A stretch of DNA of 64,000 nt from the NCBI RefSeq assembly GCF_000372725.1, contig NW_005201318.1, forward strand, positions 231,016-295,015, given 5' to 3'. Shown piece by piece: positions 11,667-23,664 of the stretch (positions within the stretch are counted from its first letter, which is position 1; each line of letters opens with the position of its first letter). Below the pieces are notes generated by a model that worked only from the letters and a program-made list of their open reading frames with translations, had not been told where the DNA came from and made no database searches. Position numbers and translations under genes: made by a program. This DNA is from Emiliania huxleyi CCMP1516. Its lineage: Eukaryota.

Positions 11667-12653
11667 GGGCTCCACCGCGGCATGTGACCGCGCCGTCGGC
11701 GCTGGCTCCACAGCGAGCTTTGGCATTGGGAGGAGCAGGCAGGGCGCCGCGCGCCGGCGTCGCTGTCGTCGTTTGCGTTTCGTGGCGCGAAGCAGGTGGC
11801 ACACTCGAAAATACACACCCGCGCGGGGCGCGGCACCCCGATTAGCTGTGAGAGGGGGGCCGTCTGTGAGTCGTTTGTGTGTGGAGTTTTATTGGACGGA
11901 GTGTCGGAAACAGGTGAGTGAACGATCTATAAGTATAACGCCGCGGTTAACGAGCGCGTAATTAATTGGTAATACAACACCGCTCACCGGGGGCCGCGCG
12001 GCGGGCGGGGACCGGGGTCCCCGGCGCACTTCCCGGCGCCCGGGGAGGGCGGGGTGAAGGCGTGAACCACGTTCACGAGCTGTCTAGCTCTAGGTCGTAG
12101 GTGTAGCTGAAAGCGGAACACACCGAACACTGAGGAAAGCGCTCCTGAGTGCTGAGACCCTGCCGGCTGAACTCGTGAACTGTGAACCATCACGCAGACA
12201 CCTTGCCCTGCAAACACACCACACAGTACCGCACACGGGACCGGGCACCGGGGCGCGGAGAACCAGAACTACCAAGTACGCGGAACGAGTACCAGAGGTG
12301 CACACACCACTAGGGGCCAGGCCGCACGACGGGGGCCATTTCGCACTTGACATCGAACGAGACACATGCGGAGGTGAGTACTCGGAGACATGCACATGCA
12401 CATAACATGCACGGGGGGCATGAGCGCATGACGGGGGGACGGGGAGAGCTCGGAAGTGGCGCGCTGGCGCCCTGCCTACGCGCAACGGGTCAGTGGGCCG
12501 TCTCGACGCAGCCGAACGGGGCCACGCCGCACGCGCGGCGCACGGGTGCACACGGACACAAGCGCGATGAGGGGTGCCACGGGGATCACAAGCGACACGG
12601 ACACAGACACACGCAAGGGGCCAGACCGCTAAACACACCGCACGCGGCCTCAG

Positions 12654-14060
12654 TCAGCCGGCCGGGCCCCACGCCGGCACCACGCAAGCCAGTGCCGACC
12701 GCACGGCCGCCTCGAGGCTGGTGACGCGGGAAAGCTTGGAGGTGGCCGGCCGGTGCAGTGAGGGCGGCAGCGAAGCCGTGTCCAGCGCAAACGGAGACGC
12801 GCCGAAGTTGAACTCGACCGGCGCGCGCGAGTCGAGCCCGACGAGGGGGTAGAGCGGCATCAGCTGCGCCGGCGCGACGTATGGCGCTCCGAGGAAGACG
12901 CCGTTGCGACTAAAGAAGACGCGGCGGGAGAGCAGCGAGTAGCCCGCGCCCACAACGTCTCCGGGCGAGCAGGCGGGGCCGAGGGGCCGGCCGGAGGCGC
13001 CATGGCCGTGGAAGGCCTGTCCGTCGTCGGAGTGGTAGCCAAAGGACGCGCTGTCCCACCCCGGCTGCCTGCGGGTGGCGTGAATGGGTCGAGAGATGAG
13101 TCGAGAGATGAGTCGAGATCGAGGCGTGGGCGAGATGTGGGTGAGATGCGAGTCGAGATGCGGGCGAGATGTGGGTGAGATGCGAGTCGAGATGCGGGCG
13201 AGATCGCGAGTGCCTCACTCAGCCGGTGGCCACCGGCGCCCACTGCGTGTCCCCACTCTCCCCTCTCGCAGTCCACCGCCTCGCCTGCCATCGAGAGGGA
13301 AGTCGCGCGAGCCGAGGCCAACGGCAACGCAGTCGCTCTGCGGCAGCCACTCCGGCTCAGCCGCACCGCCGCCGCGCGGCCAGATCGTAACCTCAAAGTA
13401 AGCCACCAAGACCTCGTCCGCCACAAGCCGCTGCGGCGACACCGCTCGGAGGGACATGTGCCGATGCTGTGGCAGCGGCAGGCCGCCTCGCACCGCGCGG
13501 TCCCCGCCGAGCGCCGTCCCCACGTATCGCACCTCGTGGCCCCTCACCCTCAGGCACTGCAGAGAGGCGGCGCCGAGTGAAAAGTGGCCCACGTCCTCCT
13601 CCTCGTTCTCGCCAGCCTCCGACGCGGCCGCGGATGGCGCATGAGCGGTGAGCGCGGCGGCGAGCTGGGCAGGCGCCGCAAGATAAGGCAGGAAGGGTGC
13701 GCCGCCTGTAACCCGCGCCCTCGCAACGCCAGTCTTGCGCCGGCCGCCGTGCGCCCGACGGCCATCAACCGGACCGACTGAGCGTTCTATGCCACGCGTT
13801 GCGGCACGTAGGGCGCAGACTCTCACGCCAAGCAGGGCGCGATCGCACAGCGCCCACCCCCGCACCCGGAGCGCAGTTCGCAAGAGCGCCTGACGCCACA
13901 CGTCCTCGTCGACGAGCGAGCGCACAGCGCGGCTCGTCGCCTCCAGGCTGCTCAGCTCGCGCGAGCCGAGACAGGGCTGCTTGAAGATGAGGCGCTGGAT
14001 GTCCGCGGGAAGCTGCAACAACATACCCGCTGACAGGTCCACTGCATTGACATGCGCCAT
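12654..14060 (-). CDS. Multi-exon F-box + SPRY domain protein (RanBPM/SSH4-like SPRY)
   Basis: F-box-like LLQLPADIQRLIF. SPRY motifs AYFEVTI, VAVGL, QPGWDSASFGYHSDDG, GDVVGAGY, VFFSRNGVFLG and LYPLVGL...FNFG. Confidence 0.85.
13085..13205. repeat. Intronic GAGATG/GAGATC low-complexity repeat
   Basis: Tandem gagatgagtc/gagatgcgag units inside the SPRY gene intron. Confidence 0.8.
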
Positions 14061-15134
14061 CAACGCCCTTCGTCAAACTCTCTCCCTGATGACTCTTTAA
14101 AGAACTAGCTGAGGGGCTCGCTAAACGCTCGCCGAGCTCCATGCTGTGCAACACCAACTAATCGTCAGGGGCGCGGAGAGCGCAGTGCACTGCGGTGAGG
14201 CTGCGCAGCGGGGGCTCGCCCCCTGCACCGCGGCGCGCTCAGCGGCGTAGGGGAGAGGGCGGTCGGTGGCGGCGGCGGCGAGGCGCGAGGCGGTGGCGGC
14301 GGTGGTGCGGGCGGCGGGATGACAGGGGAGGCGGCGGGATTGACAGGGGAGGCGGCGGCCACGCTCGAGCGGAGCGGCGCGAGAAGGGGGGGGGCGGCGG
14401 CGAGGCGCCGGTGAGCGAGGCGCCCGCGCCATCAGAGGGACGCCGCCGCGAGATGGAGGGCGGCGGTGACGGAGGCGAGGGGCGAGGCGGCGGCGGTGGC
14501 GGCGGCGGCGAGAACGGCGGCACCGAGTTTGTCTCGGTGAGCGGAGCGGCGGCGGGAGGAGGAGCAGCGGCGGCGCTCGCTCGCTGTTGACGGGAGCGCT
14601 TTTGAGCCTGGGAGCCCATGCCACTGCGACCGGCGTGGCCGGGAACGGAGATCGCGCGCGCGCCGCCACTCACGACGCGCGCGCGATCTTCGCGGAGTCG
14701 GGTCCCCAGAGGGAAGCGGTCTTCTCGGCCGACGTCCAGCGGCGCGCAAGGAAGCAGGCGCAGCGGAGGCGGCCTAGCACCGGCTCGGCGCCGGGCGGTT
14801 GCGCTGCCCGCGAGCCGCGTCCTGAGCCTCGGCAGCGCGCTGCGCGGCGCGGCGCTCGCGCCGCTGCGGTTCCGAGAGCGGCATGATGGTAGGACCAGCT
14901 GAAGCTCGAGACTCCTCGGTATCACGAATTGCGCAGGTCACGGGGATAAACGGCGGACAACGCGAGGCCCTTATATCTTTAGATTTGAATTCAGCGCGAC
15001 CAACACCTGTGGTGATCGTCACGATGCACCCGAAGGGGGCCCCAGCGCCAGCACCATCTGTGGAGGCACAAGTGTTCGAAGAGAGAGTGGACCTGAGCAA
15101 CGACATGACTTGGTTGGCGGCAAATGTTGGTCTT

Positions 15135-15172
<38 letters not shown>

Positions 15173-15353
15173 GTGAAATGATCGCAGTGGGCGTCAGAAG
15201 AGTCGTCCTTGCGCGAGGAGAGCTCGATAAACTCGAGGGGCCAAAATATGCCGCGAGGAGGGCGGAGTTGCGCCGAAAGGCGAAAGAACTGAAGCCGCGA
15301 GAACAAGGGATCGGCAGGCGGCGGCGGCGTCGCAGAACGAGGCAGAGGAGAGC

Positions 15354-15590
15354 GACGCGACAGAGGAAGAAGCGACAAGGGAGAGAACGACGAGAGTGGG
15401 ACGACCGCGAGGTGGCATGAAGGTTGCAGCGAGAATCGGCGAGAGACTGCGAAGAGAGATAGGAAGAGGCGGACGCCCAAGGGCGGGCGACGGCTAGCGC
15501 ATCACACCCCTCTCCTTGAAATCCCTGTGTGGTGGCGGCGTGCCGTCCTCCCATCCCTCCCTTGGGTTGTCCGTTTTCTTTCTTTCTTTC
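15354..15590 (+). repeat. Dispersed ~240-bp repeat, copy 1 (inverted copy at 41248-41508)
   Basis: Shares ggcatgaaggttgcagcgagaatcggcgag and gaaatccctgtgtggtggcggcgtgccgtcctcccatccctc with the reverse complement of 41248-41508. Confidence 0.9.
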
Positions 15591-17543
15591 GACCAACCAG
15601 CGACCGCTTTCAACGTTGTTGCATATGCTTTGTATGATCTGTTGCTACGCGTGCAACAAGCTTGTCGCAGGCTGGGCAGTGCTTTGCTGTGTGGGGGCTT
15701 GCACGACTGCTATACGCTGTCTGTAGAAGACTGGCACCGAACGAAGAGGCAAGAGAGAGTGCAAAGACGAGAGAGAGATAATACGGGTGTGTTACTGAAT
15801 TCGGCTGGTGGCCGCACCATTGCCGCACTCCCTCCATTTTCTGGTGATACTGCAGCAATGCTCACCTTGTTTTCATTGCGATGACCTCGATAGCCTATCG
15901 CAAAACGGCAGCCTGTGGGAATCTCGCAAATCTTGGCTAACTCGTCACCGAGCCCACTGCCAAAGCCACGCACGCTTGAAGAGAAAGAGCCGGAGCTCTT
16001 TCGCACTTCCGTCGTAGATCAGCACAACGCTTGAGCCATCGGTTATTCGCGAACAGCACGGGTATGTCGCACTCGTCGTCCTCCATTTACTCCCTCTACC
16101 TAGGAAGTCACCCGGGGTGTGTGTGTGTGCGACTCTCACTCTGTCCCGGGCGCACAGCGAAGCGAAAATGCAAGTGCTCCAACCCTGGCGAGGTACTACC
16201 ACGCCTCTCGGGGATTTTGTCTGGCCGAGTCAACCCGAGATATGCTGTTCCCATGGCACGTCACATGAGCTTCACATGCGAGCGTTCCGGACCTCACCGC
16301 AGATGCAGTGTGAGCAGCGCTAGCGATAGGCGCGCGCGGTGCGGTTGGGAGGCGGAGGCCGTGCAAAAAAGAATAAAGGAGGGCGTGAAAAAAGAAAGTT
16401 ATTTGTTCAAGATACATTCGCCAACCAACAACCGGCCCCAACCCACTCGACTCACTGCCGCCCCTACCTTCCTTTGAGAGTCAAACCCCCCAAAGGTGCC
16501 TACGGCAGCTAGGGTAAGAGCTGCCCCAGGATAAATTGTGCGATCATCCCAGGATGGATGTTGGTACCTCATGTATCGGAGTCTTTGTTAGTATCGAGGT
16601 GTCGTGAGTTTTGGTCCTGATAAATTCGCGGCGTTCGCGGCGAGCCGAGCCAGGCCACGGCGCTCGGCCTGCTGAGAGAAGACCTGCCCGGACGGCAGTG
16701 ACAATTTACCCGACATCAATCGTCGACGGCAACCTCGAGAACTGCGCCTCCAAAGTCGCCCAGATTCGCCTCTCGCGGCGCGCTGAGTTAGTATCGCCGG
16801 TGCGCCAGCCGGCTCTGCTCCACAGCAGGGCATGCCTGACTGGCTCCTGCTAGCCGTGCGTCCTGGTGGCATCCATTGCCAGCTCAGGTAGCCTCAGGAG
16901 GTCGCCTCGCGCACAACTCGGCGCCGCACAGCACCGCCCCGCGTTACTACCGAGTTAGTATCGTCGACCCACAGAGACTGCTCTTCTGTAGGTGGAGCCG
17001 ACAAACGCCGACCGGGTCGGCCCCGCCGCCCCCATCGCCGCCGCCGGGGCGGCGGCGGCCTCGGCGGACCATCCGACGCGCCGCGCGCCCGACGGGGAGG
17101 TGTTCACCACTCCTGGCTCCTCACCCCGCCACGCCTTCGTGCAGACGCCGTGGCACCCACCTCAGGCGCCGCTCGGACTCGGTTGACGGCCGCCCAAGTG
17201 CTTGGCTCGTGCCCAGCCGACCGGCAGGCGATGCCCACTCGCTGCTAGGCTAATCTCGGGCTGTCAAGCGGCGGTGTGGTGCCGTGAAGGGCAGCGGTGC
17301 CAAAACTACGACTATTAGTACCGTGCGGGGGCAGTGCATTTAATTATGTCAAAAATCGAAACGTGCTCCGTGGGACGTATTGGGCTAGGATCATGCGTCC
17401 GGGAGGCCCCCCTTGCGTGCAGCTCTGAAGTGTGCGTAATCGCGTTTGCGAAATTGGACCCAACGTGCAAGCCGCAAGGCCCGTCGGCTTGGCCACACAG
17501 TTCCAAGCGCATCGTGGGCCGCCGAGGCGACCTTTGGCGGGCA

Positions 17544-19141
17544 ATGCTGCCGCTGTTGGTTATGCCGCTGGCCTCGGAAGACCCGTGTCTCGAGAGCAAT
17601 GTCTTCCGGGACCCGCACATCAATTTTGCCTACGGAGGCTCCGCCGACCTGCGCGGCCGCCACAACACGCTCTACAACTTCCTGTCTGCGCCCGGACTGT
17701 CGGTGAACGTCAAGACGGAGGAGGCTGTCTTCAAGATGCACGGCGGTGCCCTGACCATCAACGGCACCTTTCTCACCGAGGCGCACATCACCGCGCAGCT
17801 CTCCCCGCAGAAGCTCGCCACGGCCTCATTTTTCGCGTCGGAGCTCTCGTCCAACAACTTTGGGTGGCAGGTGGTGAACGGAACCTGCGTCGGCCGCCCC
17901 TTCAAGTTCGGCGCTCACGGCAAGAAGGATTGCTTCGGCCTCAAGATGGCAATGGACTACTCGAGCGCCACCTTCGCATTCCGAAACTGGACCATGAAGG
18001 TGCACGGCATGCACACGTGCAAGGGCTGCCTGGTCTCGGGCGCCGAGCACCGCCTCGACATCGGATTCTCCGCGCGCGGCGACGCGCCATCTCGCGACAG
18101 ACCACACGGCCTAATCGGCCAGTCGTACACGCGGCAAGAGCCACTCAACGGAAAGAAGGACCTCTACCCTTGGGCCGGCTTCTACACCACCAGCGCCCAG
18201 GCCGAGGGCGCCATCGAGGGCACGGCGTCCGACTACGAGGTGCTGAGCGCACACGCATCCAAGTTTCGCTTTTCGCGCTTCGACGCGATGAGGGGCGAGC
18301 CCGCATCCAAAGACGGTGCAAAAGCAGCCGACACGGTCGATGCTTCGTCCATCGAGCGCCTCGCCGATCCCGCTGTGGAAGAGGAGCGCCGCCGCCTCTC
18401 CGAGGTTTGCCCGCCCAGCGCGGCCCCCGTGGCTTCGATTACAGCACCGTCACCGCCTAGTCCCGACACCGACAGCGATGGGATCCCCGACAACCTCGAT
18501 CCCGATTTGGACGGCGACGGCATCCCCGATGCCGAGGAAGGCACGGCCGACTCGGACAGCGACGGCATTCCCGACCGACTTGACCCCGACTCTTGGCCGC
18601 CACCGAAGCCTTGTGCAGCAAACGGTTTCGAGGAGCAGAAAGGCTATGTCCACACCAATGCTTGGAGGACGGTCAAAATCATGGATGAGGCCGAGGTGAC
18701 GCGTCTCAGTAAGGCGGTGTGGGAAGACCCGTATCCGACAGAGGGCCTGAGGCAGACTGCGTACAACAAGATGCTGTGTGAGGCCATCAAACCAGAATAC
18801 TGCGGGGGCAAGAAATGCCCATACCGTTTGACGCCGATCGACCCCACATGCGATGAGCAGGCAATACCCGCATGCTCGCCGCGTGGACGAGCAGAAGGCA
18901 CCCCAGGCTCGCTCTATGCAGACTTTTTCTCGGGGGGGCATTACATATTCTGTATGGATCCCATCTGCGCTCAACTCTGTGCGGCAGAAGAAGCATGCAA
19001 TTCCTATGAGGTGAGCCAGCACACAGATTCTGCGAGCTGAATACACAGGGACAGGCAACCAGGATGCCTTATTACGGAAAGGATTCTGACAATTGGTTGG
19101 TGCCCCAAGACGGCATGTTCTGCGTGAAGCAGTCGCGCTGA
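17544..19141 (+). CDS. Secreted protein with VWD-like/beta domain, RRRLS motif, thrombospondin type-3-like Asp repeats and Cys-rich (PAN-like) C-terminus; frameshift or mini-intron near 19025
   Basis: DPHINFAYGGSADLRG...YNFLS and PHGLIGQS motifs, then DTDSDGIPDNLDPDLDGDGIPD and DSDSDGIPD. CAQLCAAEEACNSYEV continues in another frame as RFCELN...FCVKQSR* (stop at 19141). Confidence 0.7.
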
Positions 19142-19370
19142 GCCGCCTGTAGCACACCGGAGGAATTAGACACCACAGATACGCACACACCGATGTCCGA
19201 AGGGGTAAGAAGGACGTCATTAGTACTGTACGAAACCTCAGAAGGCCATGGGCGCCGAGAGAACATTCCCCCGAGAGGACAAAAAGAAAAAAGAAAAAGT
19301 CGACGCACCCCCTCCTTGCGCAGTGTCCCTCGCTAAGTGTCGCCGTTATCGGGGCACGCTATCCTGTGCA

Positions 19371-19788
19371 GGCTTACCCCGCCGACGATGCGGCGTCCGT
19401 GTCGCCTCTCTGGTTCGCGTCGAGGCCAAAGCTGCCTCCGATGCTGCTGCTGACGGGCGGAGCGGACCAGGTCGTGCCGTGCGACCAGACGACTCGCTTT
19501 GCAGAGGCGGCTCGCGGCGCCGGGAATGACGTCACGCAGCTCATCTTTGAGGAGGCGGGTCACGGCGGCGGCGCCGTGAATTGCGCTGCAGGGCGTCGTG
19601 CGACACTCGACTTCCTCCGCTCCAACGGCCTGCTCACCGGGCCCGAGAGGGAGTCGGACGACCCGCGCGACGCACTCGGCGGGACGATGAGAGCCTTCAA
19701 GCTGCAGGCTGTCGAGTACTCGCCGCCGCCGCTGCCGCTTCGCCCGGCGGCGACGCTCAGGCTGCGGCCTCGCCTGATACCAAAGTGA
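19371..19788 (+). pseudogene. Orphan terminal exon of an alpha/beta hydrolase (esterase/lipase-like)
   Basis: Begins at a splice acceptor (tgtgcag|) and reads PPMLLLTGGADQVVP...LIFEEAGHG, which includes the catalytic Asp and His. No upstream GxSxG exon is visible. Confidence 0.65.
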
Positions 19789-20393
19789 AAATACAAGGGG
19801 CCAAAGTTAGGACGTGACGATCCTGCATAGCCATAGGTGAGCGTGTGAGCATGCTCGTAACGTGTGTGCAGCTGCAGGGTCTCCACACATTCTCGATCAA
19901 AGTATGGCGGCTTCACACAAATCAACGTTTAGGAAGAGGTGTCCCGGTTTCGGCTTTCGCCGCACGCCCCGGTCCAGAGGGCGCGCTGGGCCTGGGGCGT
20001 GGGGGCGGCGCCGGGTGAACGGAACACCCCAGTCTCTGCCCGCGAAGAGCGACACAGACAAAGGGCCATACATCGAAGAGCACACGCGCTGCGATATCGA
20101 TCTGTTCTCTCCCCCACACACGTCACACGAACACACCGCGATCGCGAGAGAGAGAGAGAGTCAAGTGTACACAGACAGTCACGCGGACGTTTCATCGAGG
20201 AGGTACAGGCGTCACGCTAACTGACCTTGCTACATAGAGAGCGTTGCAGATGGGTCACGCTAGGGGGCGGCTCGGCGAGCCCCACAGGGTACACACTAAG
20301 CGCTGAGTGCTTCCCCACCTGCTGGCTCCTGCCGGGTGCACGCACCAGCTCGTGAGGGCGGTCGAGCCTCCCCTCACATCGCCGGGAGCTATC

Positions 20394-22502
20394 TCAGAAC
20401 AAATTCCCTGCGCCCTTGAGCATGTCGGGCGGCGTCGGCTTCAGGGATGGGTCCTTTGCCTGGATGGCGTCCACGGCAACCTTGACGTCCTGTAGGAAGC
20501 CCGCATCGACCGTCTTCAGGCCCTCCTTGTCGTAAACGTACGGAATCTCTCCGGCGGGCATGCCCTTTGGACCGCCGCGACCGAGGAACTCGTACGGCAC
20601 TGGCTTGCCTGTCGCGTCGACACCGGCAGGCACGACGACCTTTGGCAGCGGGAGGATCTTGTGCTGGAAGAGAGTGAAGAGCGCGTTCGTGGAGGCTCCC
20701 GCCTGTGCCGTGTAGAACTCGCCCGTCTCCTGGTCGAGCAGCTGGATGTCGCACGTGCCTGTGGTTGAGCACAGGTAGTCCTGCGTGTGCGACGCGCCGG
20801 TGGCGAGGATGAGGTCGAGATTGTTCTTGTCCATGTACTCGTTCCACGCGAGTATGGCCTTCTTGCGCATCTCCTGCATGAGAAAGACGTAGTGGAGCTC
20901 ATCAGTGTACAGCGAAGCCGTGAGAAAGCCGATGCCCGCGTGAGTCGCGCCAGCAGACCAAGTGTCCTCGATCAGATCCTTCATCGAGATTGAGGTGTTG
21001 AGGTATTGGTAGAGCCATTGTGACATCTGGCCGTACGCCGTGTGGAAGATGTCTAGTGGCCACGAGACGGGCAGCTCATCGCTCTCCTTCATCTTCACTG
21101 CCGGGGCGGGACGCACGCAAGCGGGTCGGCAGGAAGGGGGGGGGGGGCGCGGGGTAAAGGGGGGGGGGGGGGGCTGGTGCTCCGCTACCACCACCACCAC
21201 CACCACTGCTGCCGCCGCCGCCGCCGCTGCTGCTGCTGCTGCTGGGGAGAGGGGGAGCGTCAGCGCACTGCAGAAGAGAGCCTCATCGAGGTTGTCGTTG
21301 CCGTCTCCATCGTCGTCTGGGTACTCCGCGTCGACAAGCGTCGCTCCTGCTGCCACGAGCGCCACCTTTGCCTTTTCGTACGTCTCCATGAAGGGAACCG
21401 ACGGGCGCATCATCGACGGGAACTGGTAGAAGCCAAAGTTCTGGTTGGGGTTTGCGCACTTCGGGACGTACATGTCGACGAAGGGATGGCGGGGCACGCC
21501 GATGCGCAACTCGGAGATCTTCTTCCCGCCGAACTGAGAGGCGTTGTAACCGTACAAGCCGCTGTCGAAAGCGATGATGTCCTCCATCGACCGCGCGTTC
21601 AACCCGGTCTGGTCGAGCACGTACGAGAAGCCAGGGTTGCCATCATTCGCGTAGTGACCGCGGGTCGGGTCATAGCCGAAGTTGCCGTTTTGCGTGGCGG
21701 GGATGCGGGTCGACGAGCCCGTGTCCTCGGAGATCGCGATGGGCGCCAGGCGAGTCGCCACCGCCGAACCCGAGCCGCCGCTCGAGCCGCCTGCTGACAT
21801 GAGGCGGCCGAAGGGCGACTGCGTGCAACCGCTCGCGTAGTTGCAGGTGATGATGGAGCTCGCGAACTCGGGCACATTGGTCTTCCCGAAAATGATGCCG
21901 TTGGCGGCCTTGACGTCGATGAGCATCTGGGCGTCCTGAAGGGCGGTCATGTCATGCAGCATGCCAGCCCCGGCCGACGACTTGAAGTCAACCGTCGCCA
22001 TGGTGCCCTTGGCCGGAACCGGGAGGCCGTAGAACGGGGCAATCGAGTTGAGGCCCTCCGCGGCCGCCTTGGCATCCATCGCCTTGGCCGCTTCGATGAC
22101 CCGCTCCGGCCAGGTTGGGTCGTTGTCTAGGTACATGAACGCATTCATCGAAGCGTAGTGGCGGAGGCGCATCACCAGCAAGGAGACGTACTCCTCGCAG
22201 GTCACCGTCCCTGCCTTGCGTGCCTCAATATAGTCGACCACGCCCATCTTCGCCATCTCGATCTCCTTCGGCGTCATCTCGGGCGGACCGGGAAGGTCCG
22301 GGAGATTGGCTAAATACCAATCCGAGATGTCCTGGTGCGATGAGGTTCCGGGCCCGCGGCCCATGAGCGGCGCGAGGAGCTCCTTTGGTGGGAAGGAGCT
22401 ATGCCATTCGGGCTTCGTGGGGCCCTCGCACTCCGGGGCTGGCTGCGACGCAAAGGCGAGGAGTGTGGGAAGCGCAGCGAGCAGAAGGGCCGACGACCGC
22501 AT
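20394..22502 (-). CDS. Amidase-signature family protein, secreted, with one intron (~21100-21262)
   Basis: Signal MRSSALLLAAL. Motifs GLPVPAKG, GKTNVPEF, AGGSSGGSG and EDTGSSTRIPA give the Lys-cisSer-Ser triad. Confidence 0.92.
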   Translation of the reverse strand: MRSSALLLAALPTLLAFASQPAPECEGPTKPEWHSSFPPKELLAPLMGRGPGTSSHQDISDWYLANLPDLPGPPEMTPKEIEMAKMGVVDYIEARKAGTVTCEEYVSLLVMRLRHYASMNAFMYLDNDPTWPERVIEAAKAMDAKAAAEGLNSIAPFYGLPVPAKGTMATVDFKSSAGAGMLHDMTALQDAQMLIDVKAANGIIFGKTNVPEFASSIITCNYASGCTQSPFGRLMSAGGSSGGSGSAVATRLAPIAISEDTGSSTRIPATQNGNFGYDPTRGHYANDGNPGFSYVLDQTGLNARSMEDIIAFDSGLYGYNASQFGGKKISELRIGVPRHPFVDMYVPKCANPNQNFGFYQFPSMMRPSVPFMETYEKAKVALVAAGATLVDAEYPDDDGDGNDNLDEALFCSALTLPLSPAAAAAAAAAAAAVVVVVVVAEHQPPPPPFTPRPPPPSCRPACVRPAPAVKMKESDELPVSWPLDIFHTAYGQMSQWLYQYLNTSISMKDLIEDTWSAGATHAGIGFLTASLYTDELHYVFLMQEMRKKAILAWNEYMDKNNLDLILATGASHTQDYLCSTTGTCDIQLLDQETGEFYTAQAGASTNALFTLFQHKILPLPKVVVPAGVDATGKPVPYEFLGRGGPKGMPAGEIPYVYDKEGLKTVDAGFLQDVKVAVDAIQAKDPSLKPTPPDMLKGAGNLF

Positions 22503-22983
22503 CTTGTGTTGATGGCACCTAGCAGGGCGAAGGCGCGAAGCAAAGGTGGGCGACGAGCGAGGGCGCATCGCATGGGTGGGAGTGGTGCGGGCGCGGCGGG
22601 TTCCGTGAGCAACAGGCGTCGCGGGGGTCATGCGTGCAGCGGGCGGCTGTTCGTCAGCGCGGTGCGGCGGGGCAAGTGCGAGAGGAAGCGGAAAGTGAAG
22701 GGCGGCCTGTGAGGTCGGGGGGTGCAACACTCGGGGGGTTTACTCTCCGCAATCAAACCCAGCGGATTTGAGAGAAAGAAATCAATCTCTTTCTTCTTTC
22801 TTTTGCCACATGTGCATGCTGTACATGTGCATGTGCATGTGCACGCGCGTGTCCGTGTGCACGCACACGACACGCAGCTAAGACCCACATGATACCTCCT
22901 GTCCCCTAGTACTCCGAGACCCACCTCTCCTCCTCGAGGAGTCTCCCCCGCCCCTGCCTCCTCTCCCCTGCCTCCTCTCCCCC

Positions 22984-23150
22984 TTGCGCAGCAGCGCGAC
23001 GAAGCCGCCCTGGTGCTCCTCGTTCGGGAGGAAGGTGACGCCCTGCGGCTGCGTGCGGCTCAGCGCGCCGCGCGGCGGTCGCAGCGGCGCGAGCGTCGCG
23101 CCTGGCGCCTCCGCTGCGAAGCGCTGCACCGCCTCCTCGGACGACGGCTC
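22984..23150 (-). pseudogene. Possible C-terminal fragment of an RsmB/NSUN-type RNA methyltransferase
   Basis: EEAVQRFAAE...TFLPNEEHQGGFVALLRK resembles the family's C-terminal motif. Short and isolated. Confidence 0.35.
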
Positions 23151-23154
23151 GACG

Positions 23155-23664
23155 CTAGAGCTCGCAAACTGCTTCGGAAATTGGCCACAAACGACGGGCG
23201 CCTCGTGCGTGTCTGACGCTTTGACTTTGCCGCCGCCGCCGCCATCGCCCCGGCCGCCACCGCCGCCCTCGCCCTCACCGCTGCCGCCACCCTCACCCTC
23301 GCCGCCAGTCAATGCTGGCACATGCACGGTTGGTGCCGAGGGCTGCCGCAGCTCACGGGAAATGGAGCACTTTGCCTTGCTCAACGCCAAGCGGGCTGAG
23401 GGCTTCACCTGCCCTGGAGGGACATCATTCGCCCCCAACCCGGAACCGCTCGCTTTTGATTGCCGATTGTGGCGGGCGTCACAGCTGCATTCGCAAGACA
23501 TGGCCGACAACAACTACTTCAGCCACATTTCACAGGATGGGAGAACGCCGGGGCAGCGCGCCAGCGCTCAGGGAGCCCCGTACGGCGGCGAGAACATCGC
23601 GGCCGGGAATGCAGACCCGCAAGCCGTTCTCTGGGTAGCCTCACATCCAGGGCCGGGGAGCTAA
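23155..23664 (+). pseudogene. Truncated CAP/SCP domain protein fragment preceded by a Pro linker
   Basis: LLNAKRA...LWRASQLHSQDMADNNYFSH...GENIAAG. No clear start, and the C-terminal W..S.GH motif is not seen. Confidence 0.75.

Noticed and set aside
14084..14116. CCC-TGATGA...CTGA-GGG mini box C/D motif
   Set aside because: Only 16 nt separate the boxes, too short for a snoRNA; likely chance.
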